From Mobula hypostoma (lineage: Eukaryota), in the NCBI RefSeq assembly GCF_963921235.1, contig NC_086097.1:234796001-234860000 (forward strand): 64,000 nt of DNA, written 5' to 3'. The position numbers were made by a program, and so were the translations under genes. The notes beneath the pieces were generated by a model, which made no database searches, was not told the DNA's origin, and saw only the letters and a program-made list of their open reading frames with translations. This document shows, piece by piece, positions 62,716 through 64,000 of this stretch. Positions within the stretch are counted from its first letter, which is position 1. Each line of letters begins with the position of its first letter.

Positions 62716-64000
62716 TTCGATGAGATCCCTCTGCATTCTTTAAATTCCAGTGAGTACAGGCCCAAAGCTGCCAAACACTCCTCATGTGTTAACCACTTCA
62801 TTCCCAGAACCATCCTCATGAGCCTCCTCTGGACTATCTCCAATGACAACACATCCTTTCTGAAACATTGGACCAAAAACTATTGACAATACTCCAAGTG
62901 TTGTCTGACTAGTATCTTATAAAGCCTCAGCATTATCTTCTTGCTTTTGCACCCCCTTTGAAATGAATGCCAACATTGCACTTGCCTTCTCTACCACAGA
63001 TTCAACCTGTAAGTTAACGTTCTGGGATTCTTGCACGGGGACTCCTAAGTTCCTCTGCACCACTGATGTTTGAATCTTCTCCCCATTTAGATAATAGTCC
63101 GTACTATTGTTTCTTTCACCAAAATGCATTATCATACATTTCCCAACTCTATATTCTGTCTGCCACCTTTTTGTCCATTCTTTCAATTTGTCTAAGTCCT
63201 GCTGTAATTGCACTTCTTCCTCAGCAACAACTACCCACCCACCGATTTTCGTATCATCTGCAAACTTGATTTGATGGAGACAGACATGAGAAGCACGGAG
63301 GAAGATCTGGAGAAACTTCTGAAATGCCTGCTTCGCTGCTGTTGCTATTGTGCGATCAAGAATCTCCAGAGGGGAAGGCCTCAAATCCTCGGCTTTGCCT
63401 ATTGCCTATTGCTGGGGTCGGGGTCGAAGCGCAGAGATGGTGCTTGGTGCTCGGTGTCGGAGGACCGGTCGGAGGCTTGAAGTTTTCAGACGGACTCAAG
63501 AGTCGGCTGTGGTCAGGTGCTGCATTGGCAAGTTTGTGGTGCTGGAAGCTTATGGCTGGAAGAGAGTTTCTCTTCCTTCTACTATCTGCATGAGATGATG
63601 GGACTTTCGAGAGACTTTGAGACTTTTTTTTACTGTGCCCATGGTCTGTTCTTTATCAAAGTATGGTATTGTTTTGCACTGTTGTAACTATATGTTATAA
63701 TTATGTGGTTTTTGTCAGTTTTTTTAGTCTTGGTTTGTCTTGTGTTTCTGTGATACCATTCTGGAGGAACATTGTATCATTTCTTAATGCATGCATTACT
63801 AAATTTCAACAAAAGAGGACTGCGTGTCCTCATAATCTAAAAAAAGACTTCCCCACAAAGTCATCAATTCCATTATCTAAATAATTGACAAACAATGTGA
63901 ATAGTAGCGTCCCAATACTCCCTGAGGAACAACACTAGTCACTAGTATCCAACTAGAAAAGGCCCCATTTATTCCCACCCACTGCCTCCTGCCTGTCAGC
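62716..64000 (-). mobile_element. Old CR1 RT region, interrupted at ~63270-63845 by a + strand LINE 3' UTR-like insertion
   Basis: ORF 62917-63384 contains KFADDTKIGG...QQDLDKL.EW..WQ..Y.VGKC..MHFG. CR1 resumes at ~63848. Confidence 0.8.

Noticed and set aside
1..64000. CRISPR arrays, retrons, or other prokaryotic defence or RT systems
   Set aside because: All RTs are eukaryotic CR1, Rex1, RTE or Penelope types. The short tandem repeats are LINE tails or microsatellites without unique spacers.

Overview
Eukaryotic, repeat-saturated DNA with no confidently identifiable host protein-coding gene. It is probably intronic or intergenic sequence from a cartilaginous fish, likely a ray. That is an inference from the repeat content: CR1 LINEs with SGNH-esterase ORF1, V-domain/HE1-like SINEs, Penelope, Rex1, Tc1 and Tigger. 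Main contents: (1) many CR1 LINE copies of at least three subfamilies, including seven copies of a young family with a (TTCTATGT)n tail, one nearly full length at 4375-8432 with an intact ORF1; (2) an internally deleted Gypsy/Mag-like LTR element at 3643-12203 carrying four CR1 insertions, plus three solo LTRs with TSDs; (3) a Penelope element at 53083-55535 and about ten short Penelope-derived pieces, many carrying a minimal hammerhead ribozyme motif, three of them inverted mini-insertions with 14-15 bp TSDs; (4) Tc1, Tigger/pogo and hAT DNA transposons; (5) Rex1, RTE and R4/Dong fragments and several SINE families. The most unusual observations are a repeated composite transposon built from two ~65-bp palindromic Tc1-type mini-MITEs flanking captured LINE-tail DNA, the hammerhead-bearing inverted Penelope mini-insertions, a CR1-into-antisense-CR1 insertion truncated at the homologous position, and a few + strand splice-signal candidates. 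Boundaries were read by eye and are approximate unless a TSD is cited. Family labels A/B/C are local to this window.
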